54,668 nucleotides of DNA from an uncultured Bacteroides sp. (lineage in GTDB: Bacteria; Bacteroidota; Bacteroidia; Bacteroidales; Bacteroidaceae), in assembly GCA_964514145.1 (NCBI GenBank), contig CAZEPM010000002.1, positions 1-54,668 of the forward strand. Reading direction: 5' to 3'. Position numbers and translations under genes: made by a program. Each line of letters begins with the position of its first letter. The first letter of the stretch is position 1. The notes beneath the pieces are model-generated. The model saw only the letters and a program-made list of their open reading frames with translations. It made no database searches and was not told the origin of the DNA. Below are positions 8,972 through 18,052 of this stretch, in pieces.

Positions 8972-10342
8972 ATGAGTGAAAAAAGAAAACGGTATATTTT
9001 ACCGGAAGAAGAGATTCCACATTATTGGTATAATATACAGGCTGAGATGGTGAATAAGCCTATGCCGCCTTTGAATCCGGCTACTAAAGAACCTTTGAAA
9101 GCCGAAGATCTTTACCCGATATTTGCCAAAGAGTTATGTCGTCAGGAGTTGAATCAGAGGGATGTGTGGATTGAGATTCCGGAGGAAGTGCGCGAAATGT
9201 ATAAGTTTTATCGCAGTACTCCGCTGGTGCGTGCTTACGGATTGGAAAAAGCTTTGGATACGCCGGCGCATATTTATTTCAAGAACGAGAGTGTGAGTCC
9301 GGTCGGGTCTCATAAACTGAATTCAGCTTTGGCGCAGGCGTATTATTGTAAGCAGGAGGGTGTGACAAATGTAACTACGGAGACGGGTGCAGGTCAGTGG
9401 GGTGCTGCATTGGCTTATGCCGCTAAGGTGTTTGGGATTGAGGCAGCAGTCTATCAGGTGAAAATCAGCTATGAGCAGAAGCCTTATCGCCGGAGTATAA
9501 TGCAGACATTTGGTGCGCAAGTTACTGCTTCCCCTTCAATGTCGACGCGTGCCGGCAAGGATATTCTGACGGCTCATCCCAATTATCAGGGTTCTTTGGG
9601 TACGGCAATATCAGAAGCTATCGAGTTGGCTCAAATGACGCCGAATTGTAAGTATACGCTGGGGTCGGTACTTAGTCATGTGACGTTGCATCAGACTATT
9701 ATCGGACTAGAAGCGGAAAAACAGATGAACTTGGCAGGCGAATATCCGGATGTGGTGATTGCCTGTTTTGGCGGAGGGTCTAATTTTGGCGGGATTGCGT
9801 TTCCTTTTATGCGTCATAACATATTGGAAGGTAAGACTACCCGTTTCATTGCGGCAGAACCGGCTTCTTGCCCGAAACTGACTCGTGGTAAGTTTCGGTA
9901 TGATTATGGAGATGAGGCTGGATATACGCCGTTGCTCCCGATGTTTACGCTGGGACATAATTTTTCTCCGGCACACATCCATGCAGGGGGACTTCGCTAT
10001 CATGGTGCGGGGGTCATCGTTTCTCAGTTGTTGAAAGATGGATTGATGGAGGCTGTTGATGTGCAGCAATTGGAATCTTTCGAGGCAGGTTGCCTGTTTG
10101 CGCAGTCAGAGGGTATTATTCCGGCTCCGGAGTCGGCTCATGCTATTGCCGCAACTATCCGCGAGGCAAAGCGTTGCAAGGAAGCAGGAGAGTCTAAAGT
10201 CATTTTGTTTAATTTATCCGGACATGGGTTGATTGACATGGCTTCGTATGATAAATATCTGGCAGGTGATTTGGTGAACTATACGTTGACAGACGAAGAT
10301 ATTCAGAAGAATCTGGACGAAATCGGTGATTTATCCGACTAA
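8972..10342 (+). CDS. trpB2: TrpB-like PLP enzyme (tryptophan synthase beta type 2)
   Basis: IPHYWYNI N-terminal extension, GSHKLN PLP lysine, ETGAGQWG, GGGSN, HAGGLRYHG, APES, NLSGHG; likely start MSEKRK. Confidence 0.92.
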   Translation: MSEKRKRYILPEEEIPHYWYNIQAEMVNKPMPPLNPATKEPLKAEDLYPIFAKELCRQELNQRDVWIEIPEEVREMYKFYRSTPLVRAYGLEKALDTPAHIYFKNESVSPVGSHKLNSALAQAYYCKQEGVTNVTTETGAGQWGAALAYAAKVFGIEAAVYQVKISYEQKPYRRSIMQTFGAQVTASPSMSTRAGKDILTAHPNYQGSLGTAISEAIELAQMTPNCKYTLGSVLSHVTLHQTIIGLEAEKQMNLAGEYPDVVIACFGGGSNFGGIAFPFMRHNILEGKTTRFIAAEPASCPKLTRGKFRYDYGDEAGYTPLLPMFTLGHNFSPAHIHAGGLRYHGAGVIVSQLLKDGLMEAVDVQQLESFEAGCLFAQSEGIIPAPESAHAIAATIREAKRCKEAGESKVILFNLSGHGLIDMASYDKYLAGDLVNYTLTDEDIQKNLDEIGDLSD

Positions 10343-10356
10343 CGAAACGGATGGGG

Positions 10357-10402
10357 AACTTCCATATGTTTTTTTCAAGCGAAAACATATGGAAGTTTTT
10401 TA
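10357..10402 (+). terminator. Intrinsic terminator after trpB2
   Basis: AACTTCCATATGTTTT / AAAACATATGGAAGTT 16-bp perfect stem followed by a T-run. Confidence 0.75.
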
Positions 10403-10422
10403 TTTGTCTACGTTGAAATTCC

Positions 10423-10430
10423 TATTTTTG
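10423..10430 (+). promoter_or_regulatory. -7 box (TATTTTTG) for the exbB operon
   Basis: TAnnTTTG with TTTG at 10403-10406 upstream. Confidence 0.45.
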
Positions 10431-10514
10431 CGTAGATACCTATAAGAAAATCAAATGAATCATTGACCGTTTGTGCGAATCATGCTTAAAGCAGATAAGA
10501 ACTAAACTTAGAAT

Positions 10515-11231
10515 ATGAAATCATCGTCTCAAATCAGTAAAGCTATTGGTATTGTCGGGTGTTTTTGTTGTTGGCCTGTTATGCTCTCAGCACAAAATTT
10601 CCATCAGGTAGTCAAAGAAAAGTTCATTGAAGGAAATGCCGGATTCATGTCTCTGATAGCTATCGTTTTAGTCTTAGGGCTGGCCATTTGTATAGAACGT
10701 ATCATTTATCTGAGTCTGGCGGATGTCAGTGTACGGCGGCTGATGGAAGAAGTGGAACAGGCGTTAGACCGGCTCGATGTGGAACAGGCAAAGGTCGTAT
10801 GTCGACAGACGCGAGGCCCTGTGGCTTCGGTGTGCTATCAAGGTCTGATGCATGCAAATGAAGACATGGATGCTATCGAACGTTCGATGATGGCGTATGG
10901 CACAGTGCAATCCGGATATCTGGAGAAGGGTTGTTCGTGGATTACGCTGTTTATAGCCATAGCCCCTTCACTTGGCTTTTTAGGTACGGTAATCGGTATG
11001 GTGATGTCTTTTGACAGCATTGAGCAAGCCGGTGAGATTTCTTCAACAATTGTAGCAGGAGGTATGAAGGTTGCATTGATTACAACCATATTCGGTCTGA
11101 TTGTGGCTTTGATTCTTCAGGTGTTCTACAATTATATTCTCTCGAAAATCGAAACGTTGAATGTCGAGATGGAAAACGCAGCGGTGACCCTGCTTGATTT
11201 GCTGGGGGAATATCAATCGCGTCGTTCCTGA
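10515..11231 (+). CDS. exbB: MotA/TolQ/ExbB proton channel family protein
   Basis: IAPSLGFLGTVIGMV..F..I and GMKVALITTIFGLIVA motifs. Confidence 0.9.
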   Translation: MKSSSQISKAIGIVGCFCCWPVMLSAQNFHQVVKEKFIEGNAGFMSLIAIVLVLGLAICIERIIYLSLADVSVRRLMEEVEQALDRLDVEQAKVVCRQTRGPVASVCYQGLMHANEDMDAIERSMMAYGTVQSGYLEKGCSWITLFIAIAPSLGFLGTVIGMVMSFDSIEQAGEISSTIVAGGMKVALITTIFGLIVALILQVFYNYILSKIETLNVEMENAAVTLLDLLGEYQSRRS

Positions 11232-11234
11232 CCT

Positions 11235-11588
11235 GTGAATGATTTACCTATGAGTCTGGATGTGTTGATATATGCCATGTACGCTGTGCTGATTTTGGGC
11301 ATAGTTGTTCTAATCGGCGCTGTGATCGTCCGTTTTATGTGCGTCTGGCATCGGAACCGCCGACGGGCATTGCGTTTGATATGTGGCATTTCTGCCTTTA
11401 TGGTGTTACTGGGTGGGAGTTATTTGTTGGGTTCTGATGCCCCTATGCTATCGAACGGACAGTTATATCAAGAATCTTTTTGGCTGAAAATCACGGATAT
11501 GTTGCTCTATGCCATTTATCTGTTATTGGGTGTATCGGTGTTGTGCGTGGTGTTGACCGTGTGCGGTGTTTTCCGTAAAATGAAGTAG
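11235..11588 (+). CDS. Small hypothetical membrane protein (about 3 TM) within the exbB-exbD operon
   Basis: Three hydrophobic segments; tightly packed between exbB and exbD; start may be the ATG at 11250. Confidence 0.7.
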   Translation: MNDLPMSLDVLIYAMYAVLILGIVVLIGAVIVRFMCVWHRNRRRALRLICGISAFMVLLGGSYLLGSDAPMLSNGQLYQESFWLKITDMLLYAIYLLLGVSVLCVVLTVCGVFRKMK

Positions 11589-11589
11589 G

Positions 11590-12195
11590 GTGATGAGAAC
11601 GCGTAGATTTTCCCGGCGATCAGTGCCTGAGATAAATGCAACCTCAACGGCTGATATCGCGTTTATTCTGCTGATATTTTTTCTGGTATGTACGTCTATG
11701 GGACAATTGAAGGGTCTTTCCCGCCAGCTTTCACTGCCGTCAGATTCCTTGCGGAATACACCGGTCACGGTGAAAGAGCGCAACCTGATGATTATATACG
11801 TTGCTGCAGACGGAGAAATCACTTGTCGGGAGCAAGCCGTGTCGTTGGATGATTTGTCTGTTCAGGTGAAACATTTCATTACGAATCCGGATGAGGAGGC
11901 ACATTTACCCGAGATTTCATGGAAAGACGATCCGTTGTTGGGGCGTGTGCGCGTGACAGAACAGCATGTCTTGTTGTTGCGTTGTGACCCAAGCGTGAAG
12001 TATCAGACCTATTTCCGTGTGCAGAATTGTTTGACTCGTTCGTATGCTGCCTTACGTGAAGAGTATGCGCAGACATATTTACATCGCCCTTTTGACCAGT
12101 GTACGTTGAGCGAGCAAGAAGCGATTGCACTATGTTGTCCGCAGCGCATCACGGAGGCACAGTTGCTTGTAAATGAAGAAGGAGGTGAGCCATGA
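11590..12195 (+). CDS. exbD: Biopolymer transporter ExbD (long form)
   Basis: EINATSTADIAFILLIFFLV TM segment with the conserved Asp. Confidence 0.85.
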   Translation: MMRTRRFSRRSVPEINATSTADIAFILLIFFLVCTSMGQLKGLSRQLSLPSDSLRNTPVTVKERNLMIIYVAADGEITCREQAVSLDDLSVQVKHFITNPDEEAHLPEISWKDDPLLGRVRVTEQHVLLLRCDPSVKYQTYFRVQNCLTRSYAALREEYAQTYLHRPFDQCTLSEQEAIALCCPQRITEAQLLVNEEGGEP

Positions 12196-12656
12196 GTCGG
12201 TTTTTTTCCCGGTCCCGACGTCGGATTCCTGTTCTGAACACGGCTGCCTTGCCGGATTTAATCTTTACGATGTTATTCTTTTTCATGATTGTCACTCACA
12301 TGGATGAGTCTCCTTCTGTGGAGGTAGACTTGCCGGAAGATGCACCGCTGGAAGTCTTTGACCGAAATTTGTCCGATTACACTATTTATATAGGTAAACC
12401 TTTACAAGCAGACAATCAGCTGTCGGTTAGTTTGCAACTAAATCAATCTCGGGTGTCCTTGTCTGAACTGGAAGATGAATTGCAAATGTTGGGACGGTCT
12501 TTATCTGCTGCGGAACGTTCGGAATTGGTCGTGACGTTGAAAGCTGACGCGGAAACAGAAATGCGTGTACTGGAACATATTAAACAGTTGTTGCGCCAAT
12601 CCGGAATTACAAAAATCCGTTACGCGGCAGAAGAGCCGGATGAAAAGCAGGAATAG
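12192..12656 (+). CDS. exbD: Biopolymer transporter ExbD
   Basis: LNTAALPDLIFTMLFFFMIVT and LKADAET motifs; ATGA overlap with the upstream gene. Confidence 0.85.
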   Translation: MSRFFSRSRRRIPVLNTAALPDLIFTMLFFFMIVTHMDESPSVEVDLPEDAPLEVFDRNLSDYTIYIGKPLQADNQLSVSLQLNQSRVSLSELEDELQMLGRSLSAAERSELVVTLKADAETEMRVLEHIKQLLRQSGITKIRYAAEEPDEKQE

Positions 12657-12781
12657 GGGAGAGGATAGGAAACTTCGCATACCGGTTTGACTCGTTTCGC
12701 ACGGACGAAAGAGTTCGTTTTAATAAATTTCGGCAATCATAAACATCGCAAATCACGGCATGCTGCTTCTTTGAAAAGAAA

Positions 12782-12814
12782 CCCGCCATCGGTGTGGACT
12801 TTATCGATGACGGG
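12782..12814. terminator. GC-rich hairpin downstream of exbD (possible terminator)
   Basis: CCCGCCATCGGT / ATCGATGACGGG imperfect stem. Confidence 0.35.
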
Positions 12815-12910
12815 CGACTGACCTCGTTTTGGTCTTACGTTGAACTCGCGTTAAACAGTTGCGGGGATGGGTGGCTGGTAACGCGTTAATTTAGAAAAGG
12901 TTGTGTTTCG

Positions 12911-13020
12911 CTCAGTAAAAGCCTACTTTTTACTCAGTAAAGTCCTACCTTTTACTCAGTAAAGTCCTACCTTTTACTTGGTAAAAACCTACCTTTTACT
13001 TTGCAAAAGCCTGCCTTTTA
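12911..13020. repeat. Five tandem copies of a 22-bp unit (consensus CTCAGTAAAGTCCTACCTTTTA)
   Basis: Units start at 12911, 12933, 12955, 12977 and 12999; copies 2 and 3 are identical and the outer copies are degenerate. Confidence 0.92.
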
Positions 13021-13263
13021 CTTTACGGCCCATATCCTTTCATGACTGACACGTTAAAAACAAGGTCGATTATGGGACTCTTATCATCCAATACCTACTT
13101 AAACAATACGCATAAAAAGGGGTTTTGATTGATTCGAAAATGTGTCTAAGCATCAGAGTTTCTGAATATCCGTGTTCTTGGTAATGCGTCGGCCATGCCC
13201 GATTCGAGAATGGACAAGCCTGTCTGATTCGTATAGATAACGGCTTCGAAGTCAAAACTGAAG

Positions 13264-13290
13264 AAGGGCACATCAGACAGATGCACCCTT
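13264..13290 (-). terminator. Hairpin terminator after menA
   Basis: Minus strand AAGGGTGCATC-tgtct-GATGTGCCCTT pairs fully with two G-U pairs, then CTTCAGTTTT. Confidence 0.55.
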
Positions 13291-13317
13291 TATGACCGGT
13301 TGTAGTTGCGTTGTTTC

Positions 13318-14214
13318 TTATAGCTTGTGAAGCAAGAAGCCGAGACTCAACAGCAATCCGAAAATAAAGATATTGCGCGCCGTGAGTCCGAGAATGCGAT
13401 TCAGCGCTTTTCCCTGATAGATTGCAATCATTTGTCTCCATGTTTTCAAGTGGAGAAACAGATAGAGCAGGGGTAGGATGGCCGCCCATAAATGTCCGTT
13501 GATTAAGAAGCTCAAACAGGCCAGGCAGGGAAGCAATCCGAGAAAGAGGTAGCTCAGGCTGCCCGCTCGGACTCCCCATCGGACGACGATTGTTTGTTTT
13601 CCGCTGAGCTTGTCTTGATCGCGGTCGCGGAAATTGTTTACTATGAGTAGGGTGTCTATTACACATCCGCATGCCAGCGAAGCAAGTGTGGTCTCCCATG
13701 TCCATGTACTGGTTTGCAGATAATAGGTTATGCCGACCGGGATAATGCCGAAAAAGACAAGGACCAGAATGTCGCCCAAACCGAGATAAGACAGCGTTGT
13801 TGTGTAGAGAAACGCGAATATCACACAGAGTACTCCGATGACTATCAATCCCTTATCGCCATAGTAGAGTAACGGTAATCCGCACAGACAGGCTAGTAGC
13901 GTGGTGATGACGATGCCCTGTTTCATGGCTTTGCCCGTTATCCATCCTTGCGCGCAGGCACGTAGGGGACCGAGTCTGTCTGCTCTGTCGCTTCCTTTTT
14001 TGAAATCAAAATAGTCGTTGATGAAGTTGGCATCTATCTGCATGATAAAAGCAAATAGAAAACATAGTAGGCATGGCACCCATCTGAATCCGGTTTCGAG
14101 GTCGGTTGCCGCAAGTGTACTGCCTGTCATGACGGGTACTGCGGCTGCCGTCAATGTTTTGGGGCGTGCGGCCAAACCCCATGCTCTCAGTGAATTGGTT
14201 TTTACTTCTTTCAT
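13318..14214 (-). CDS. menA: 1,4-dihydroxy-2-naphthoate octaprenyltransferase
   Basis: AARPKTL, NFINDYFDFKKGSD and NNFRDRDQD UbiA/MenA motifs; multi-TM. Confidence 0.93.
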   Translation of the reverse strand: MKEVKTNSLRAWGLAARPKTLTAAAVPVMTGSTLAATDLETGFRWVPCLLCFLFAFIMQIDANFINDYFDFKKGSDRADRLGPLRACAQGWITGKAMKQGIVITTLLACLCGLPLLYYGDKGLIVIGVLCVIFAFLYTTTLSYLGLGDILVLVFFGIIPVGITYYLQTSTWTWETTLASLACGCVIDTLLIVNNFRDRDQDKLSGKQTIVVRWGVRAGSLSYLFLGLLPCLACLSFLINGHLWAAILPLLYLFLHLKTWRQMIAIYQGKALNRILGLTARNIFIFGLLLSLGFLLHKL

Positions 14215-14240
14215 ACTGTGGCTGTGGTAGTGTAAATAGT

Positions 14241-14873
14241 CTAACGAAGCCAGTTGTTATCGAACCATTTTCCAATGAACAGTTTCCGGTTTTTACCGAA
14301 GAGGACTCCGTAGCCATTGCGTATGTTGTTTCGATATTGGCCGTACCAGAACTGTCCGTCAGCCCAATAATAAATGCCGTAACCGTGTCGTTGGCCGTTG
14401 TATGTCTCGCCTACGTAGCGATCTCCGTTTGCATACGTCAGCGATTCAAAACGATAGTGTCTGGCTGTTTCGGCATCGGGAGTAACCGGTCCGTCAAGCG
14501 TCTGGATGCGAATCAATTCGCCGGAGTGCAAGTCGTAGAGTGCATAAAATGTACGTGAACCTACGTTGGCGGTTTGGTTGTCCATGAGGATGCCAAAGAT
14601 GCATTCGCCTTCTCGGTATTGGCCAATCCATTGTGAACCGTTGTTGTTGATAAAAATGCCATATCCATAGAGAATGCCGTCGCGCGAATGTCCCCAGTAT
14701 TGTCCGCTGGCAGTGTTGACAATGCTGGTCATGCATTCTTTACACATATCGTTAAAGACCAACTGAAAATTATCGGGGATACGGTCATATTTATGGAGTT
14801 CGTCTTGTGCAAAGTTCCGGCAAACCATACATAAGAAGATGAGGAGCAGAAAGAGTCTTTTCATAGATACCAT
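14241..14873 (-). CDS. Secreted MORN-repeat protein
   Basis: Signal peptide; repeats YANGDRYVGE..NGQRHGYGIYYWADGQFWYGQYRNNIRNGYG; start may be the second Met (14864). Confidence 0.75.
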   Translation of the reverse strand: MVSMKRLFLLLIFLCMVCRNFAQDELHKYDRIPDNFQLVFNDMCKECMTSIVNTASGQYWGHSRDGILYGYGIFINNNGSQWIGQYREGECIFGILMDNQTANVGSRTFYALYDLHSGELIRIQTLDGPVTPDAETARHYRFESLTYANGDRYVGETYNGQRHGYGIYYWADGQFWYGQYRNNIRNGYGVLFGKNRKLFIGKWFDNNWLR

Positions 14874-15451
14874 TTTTCTTGTTTAATTGTTGTGTATACT
14901 GATTCCGGCATAAAGAACCTGAGGTCTTTTCCTTCTTTGATGCTTTTACGGATGAAGGTTGAACTAATGTCCAATAGCGGAGCTTGGATGAGACTGACGT
15001 GTGGAGGTAGCTTCTCGTTAGGGGGTATTTCGAAATGTGGACGCGGATAAATCAATATGTCATTTTCGCTAATTATGCGTTCGTAGGCATACCATTGGTT
15101 GAAACTCTTCCAATTGTCACTGCCGATGATGAGGCTGAACTGTCGTTCGGGATAGTTTTCGCGAAGAGCCTGCAAGGTATGTACCATGTATGACGGACGC
15201 GGTAAATGGAATTCAAAGTCGGATACGTGGAAATGCGGATAGTCTTTGATGGCTATGCGGGCAAGTTTTAGGCGAGCTTCATCGCTGAGCAGGTTGTCGG
15301 GCGATTTGAATGGGTTTTGAGGACTGACCATGAACCATATCTCGTCGAGTTGCGTGTATTCGCGTAGATAGTTGGCTAGTGCCAGATGGCCGATGTGAAT
15401 CGGGTTGAAAGAACCGCCGAGAATGCCTGTTTGGATGGATTTACCGTCCAT
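14861..15451 (-). CDS. nadD: Nicotinate-nucleotide adenylyltransferase
   Basis: GGSFNPIHIGH, SPQNPFK, LIIGSDN, ISSTFIR; start at ATG 15451. Confidence 0.95.
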   Translation of the reverse strand: MDGKSIQTGILGGSFNPIHIGHLALANYLREYTQLDEIWFMVSPQNPFKSPDNLLSDEARLKLARIAIKDYPHFHVSDFEFHLPRPSYMVHTLQALRENYPERQFSLIIGSDNWKSFNQWYAYERIISENDILIYPRPHFEIPPNEKLPPHVSLIQAPLLDISSTFIRKSIKEGKDLRFFMPESVYTTIKQEKWYL

Positions 15452-15599
15452 GTCTGTTCTTTTTGTAGTTGAAGAAATTGGAAATTTGCAGCGCAATAAC
15501 GAAAAACATGATGAAAGCAATGATGTATTCTTCTTTCATGATTCCCCAGATGCCTACGGCTAAGGCTGCTAAAGCAATGATGCAAAACAAAATACGCAT
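15441..15599 (-). CDS. 52-aa small membrane protein (2 TM, basic C-tail)
   Basis: MRILFCIIALAALAVGIWGIMKEEYIIAFIMFFVIALQISNFFNYKKNRHGR; fills the gmk-nadD gap. Confidence 0.65.
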   Translation of the reverse strand: MRILFCIIALAALAVGIWGIMKEEYIIAFIMFFVIALQISNFFNYKKNRHGR

Positions 15600-15609
15600 A
15601 GTGGTGGTT

Positions 15610-16179
15610 TTAATTGTTGATGAATCGGGTGATAACTGAGAGTGTCTGCTGTTGGGCTTTTTCGAGTGAATCGTTGACAATGATTACATCGAATCGTGGA
15701 GCAAAGCTTAGTTCGTATGTGGCTTTGGCGATACGGTCTTCGATGGTCTCGGGTGTGTCTGTGCCTCGCATAGTCAGACGACGACGCAATTCGTCTATCG
15801 ATGGCGGCTGGATGAAAATGGATAGTGCACGCATTCCATAGTAGTTTTTGATGTTACATCCACCTACAACATCAACATCGAAAACAATGTTTTGTCCGGC
15901 TTCCAACTGTTTTTCTACTTGTGATTTCAGTGTTCCATAGAATCGATTGGGATAGACTTCTTCGTATTCCAGGAACTCATGATTGGCAATGCGCTGGCGG
16001 AAATCTTCGGGAGACAAAAAGAAATATTCAACTCCTTCCTGCTCTTGTCCGCGCGGTGGACGACTGGTGGCAGATATGGAGAACGCGAGCCGAAGGGGTT
16101 GTTTCAGTAAGTAGTTGATGATGGTTGATTTTCCGGAGCCGGAAGGTGCAGAGAAGATAATCAGTTTTCCTTGTGACAT
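15610..16179 (-). CDS. gmk: Guanylate kinase
   Basis: SAPSGSGKST, SATSRPPR..E..GVEYFF, FYGT, DVDVVG. Confidence 0.96.
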   Translation of the reverse strand: MSQGKLIIFSAPSGSGKSTIINYLLKQPLRLAFSISATSRPPRGQEQEGVEYFFLSPEDFRQRIANHEFLEYEEVYPNRFYGTLKSQVEKQLEAGQNIVFDVDVVGGCNIKNYYGMRALSIFIQPPSIDELRRRLTMRGTDTPETIEDRIAKATYELSFAPRFDVIIVNDSLEKAQQQTLSVITRFINN

Positions 16180-16192
16180 AATGATGGTCTAT

Positions 16193-17068
16193 CTACATTA
16201 CATTTAATACTTGTTCTTTGATTTGTTCTAATTCGTCTTTCATCTTTACTACGATATTTTGCATTTCGGCATGATTCGATTTGCTCCCGGTCGTGTTGAT
16301 TTCACGTCCCATTTCTTGAGCAATAAAACCTAGTTTCTTGCCTTGTCCGGATCCTTCTTTCATGGTCTCGCGGAAATAGCGCAGATGATTGGTGAGCCGT
16401 TGTTTTTCCTCGTTGATATCCAGTTTCTCGATATAATAAATCAGTTCCTGCTCCAGTCTGTTTTTATCGAAATCGATACTTAGTGTTTTTTCAAGTACGT
16501 CAGTGATACGTTCGCGAATCTTTGTGATTCGTTCTTGTTCGTAGACTTCAATGGAGGTCAGCAAGGCTGCGATGTTGTCTAACTTTTTATTGAATATTTT
16601 TTCAAGTGCACAACCTTCTTGGCATCTGAATGCGATTAATTGTTCGAGTGCCTGGTGGATGGTTTGACTGACGAGTTGCCATTCTTCTTCATTGAGTTCT
16701 TGTATTTCAGTTTTTGACATCACATCGGGCATACGGAGCAGGACAGAAAACCAATCAGTGGGTAATGGGATGCCGGTGGTTTGCGCTATGTGATTGATTT
16801 GCTTGTAGTAATTTTCAAGAATAGCTGTGTTGATGGGAGTTGCCGTATCCGCAGCGTCTTTTTCAACCCAGAGCATAAAATCAATTTTTCCGCGTTCCAA
16901 GGTATGTGTTATCAGGTTGCGGATTTCCATTTCTTTTTCGCGATAAAAAGGAGCAATGCGTGTGGTCAGGTCGAGTGCCTTGCTATTAAGTGATTTAATT
17001 TCTACGATAATTTTCTTACTTTCAAAGGTGGCAGTAGCTTTGCCATATCCTGTCATTGATTGTATCAT
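16193..17068 (-). CDS. yicC: YicC/YloC family endoribonuclease
   Basis: SMTGYG, EIKSLN, DINEE..RL..H, GKKLGFIAQEMGREINTTGSK, EQIKEQVLN. Confidence 0.93.
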   Translation of the reverse strand: MIQSMTGYGKATATFESKKIIVEIKSLNSKALDLTTRIAPFYREKEMEIRNLITHTLERGKIDFMLWVEKDAADTATPINTAILENYYKQINHIAQTTGIPLPTDWFSVLLRMPDVMSKTEIQELNEEEWQLVSQTIHQALEQLIAFRCQEGCALEKIFNKKLDNIAALLTSIEVYEQERITKIRERITDVLEKTLSIDFDKNRLEQELIYYIEKLDINEEKQRLTNHLRYFRETMKEGSGQGKKLGFIAQEMGREINTTGSKSNHAEMQNIVVKMKDELEQIKEQVLNVM

Positions 17069-17085
17069 ACCAACTGTGTTTTTTG

Positions 17086-17093
17086 CAAAAATA
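17086..17093 (-). promoter_or_regulatory. -7 box (TATTTTTG) for the yicC operon
   Basis: TAnnTTTG 17 nt upstream of the ATG. Confidence 0.55.
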
Positions 17094-17289
17094 GCGTATT
17101 TCTGTTATCCGACAATGTTTCTTAGTGCTGCTTTTGCTTGTTTTGTTAATTAGGGATATGCTGTTCTCGAAAGGATGTAATCTGTTGCGAAGAAGGGGAT
17201 CGTTCTGGACAGTGAGTGATATAAAACGGGATTTTTATTAAAAAACATGCTTTGAGCTCATAAAGCTGTGTAGTTTGATCTGAAAAATA

Positions 17290-17297
17290 TAACTTTG
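17290..17297 (+). promoter_or_regulatory. -7 box (TAACTTTG) for the tsaB operon
   Basis: TAnnTTTGCA 32 nt upstream of the ATG; divergent from the yicC promoter. Confidence 0.6.
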
Positions 17298-17329
17298 CAC
17301 CATCTTGCTAAGATGAAACAGAATAGAAT

Positions 17330-18019
17330 ATGTCGTGTATTTTACATATAGAGACCTCGACGTCTGTATGTTCAGTGGCGGTAAGCCAAGACGGACAGTG
17401 CATTTTTTCGAAGGCAGATATGACTGGTCCGTCGCATGCTGTAGTGTTAGGAATGTATGTTGACGAGGCACTTTCGTTTATAGATAGTCATGCAATACCT
17501 CTTGATGCCGTAGCGGTAAGTTGCGGTCCGGGGTCTTATACGGGATTGCGCATAGGCGTTTCGATGGCTAAAGGCATCTGTTACGGGCGTGATTTGCCTT
17601 TGATTGCCGTTCCTACGTTGAAGCTTTTGTGCGTGCCGCTTTTATTGCAGGAAGAACTACCGGACGATGTCTTGTTGTGCCCGATGATTGATGCACGTAG
17701 GATGGAGGTTTATGCCGCTGTGTATGACAAGTCTTTGTCTGAGAAACGTGAAGTATCGGCTGATATTGTGGATGAACACTTGTATGAAAGATTCTTGTCT
17801 GAACATCCAGTATATTTCTTTGGAAATGGTGCAGCAAAGTGTCGAGAAAAAATTGTTCATTCACATGCTCATTTTTTAGAGAATGTTCATCCGTTGGCCA
17901 GCTGGATGTTCCCATTGGCGGAAAAATCGTTGGCTTGTCAGGATTTTAAAGACGTAGCTTATTTTGAGCCCTTTTACTTGAAAGAATTTGTGGCTTCTCA
18001 TCCTAAGAAATTGCTGTAA
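17330..18019 (+). CDS. tsaB: tRNA t6A biosynthesis protein TsaB
   Basis: LHIETST, GPGSYTGLRIG, IDARRMEVY, FEPFYLK. Confidence 0.95.
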   Translation: MSCILHIETSTSVCSVAVSQDGQCIFSKADMTGPSHAVVLGMYVDEALSFIDSHAIPLDAVAVSCGPGSYTGLRIGVSMAKGICYGRDLPLIAVPTLKLLCVPLLLQEELPDDVLLCPMIDARRMEVYAAVYDKSLSEKREVSADIVDEHLYERFLSEHPVYFFGNGAAKCREKIVHSHAHFLENVHPLASWMFPLAEKSLACQDFKDVAYFEPFYLKEFVASHPKKLL

Positions 18020-18052
18020 TATATAGAACGAATAACAAAAAATAAATTACGA

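Noticed and set aside
12660..12675. GATAGGAAAC after the exbD stop, also present after the rseP stop (about 23969)
   Set aside because: A 10-nt match in two copies is compatible with chance
12911..13020. CRISPR array
   Set aside because: The repeats are contiguous with no unique spacers, and there are no cas genes
13070..13705. 211-aa minus-strand ORF
   Set aside because: Out-of-frame overlap with menA, crosses its terminator and has no recognisable motifs
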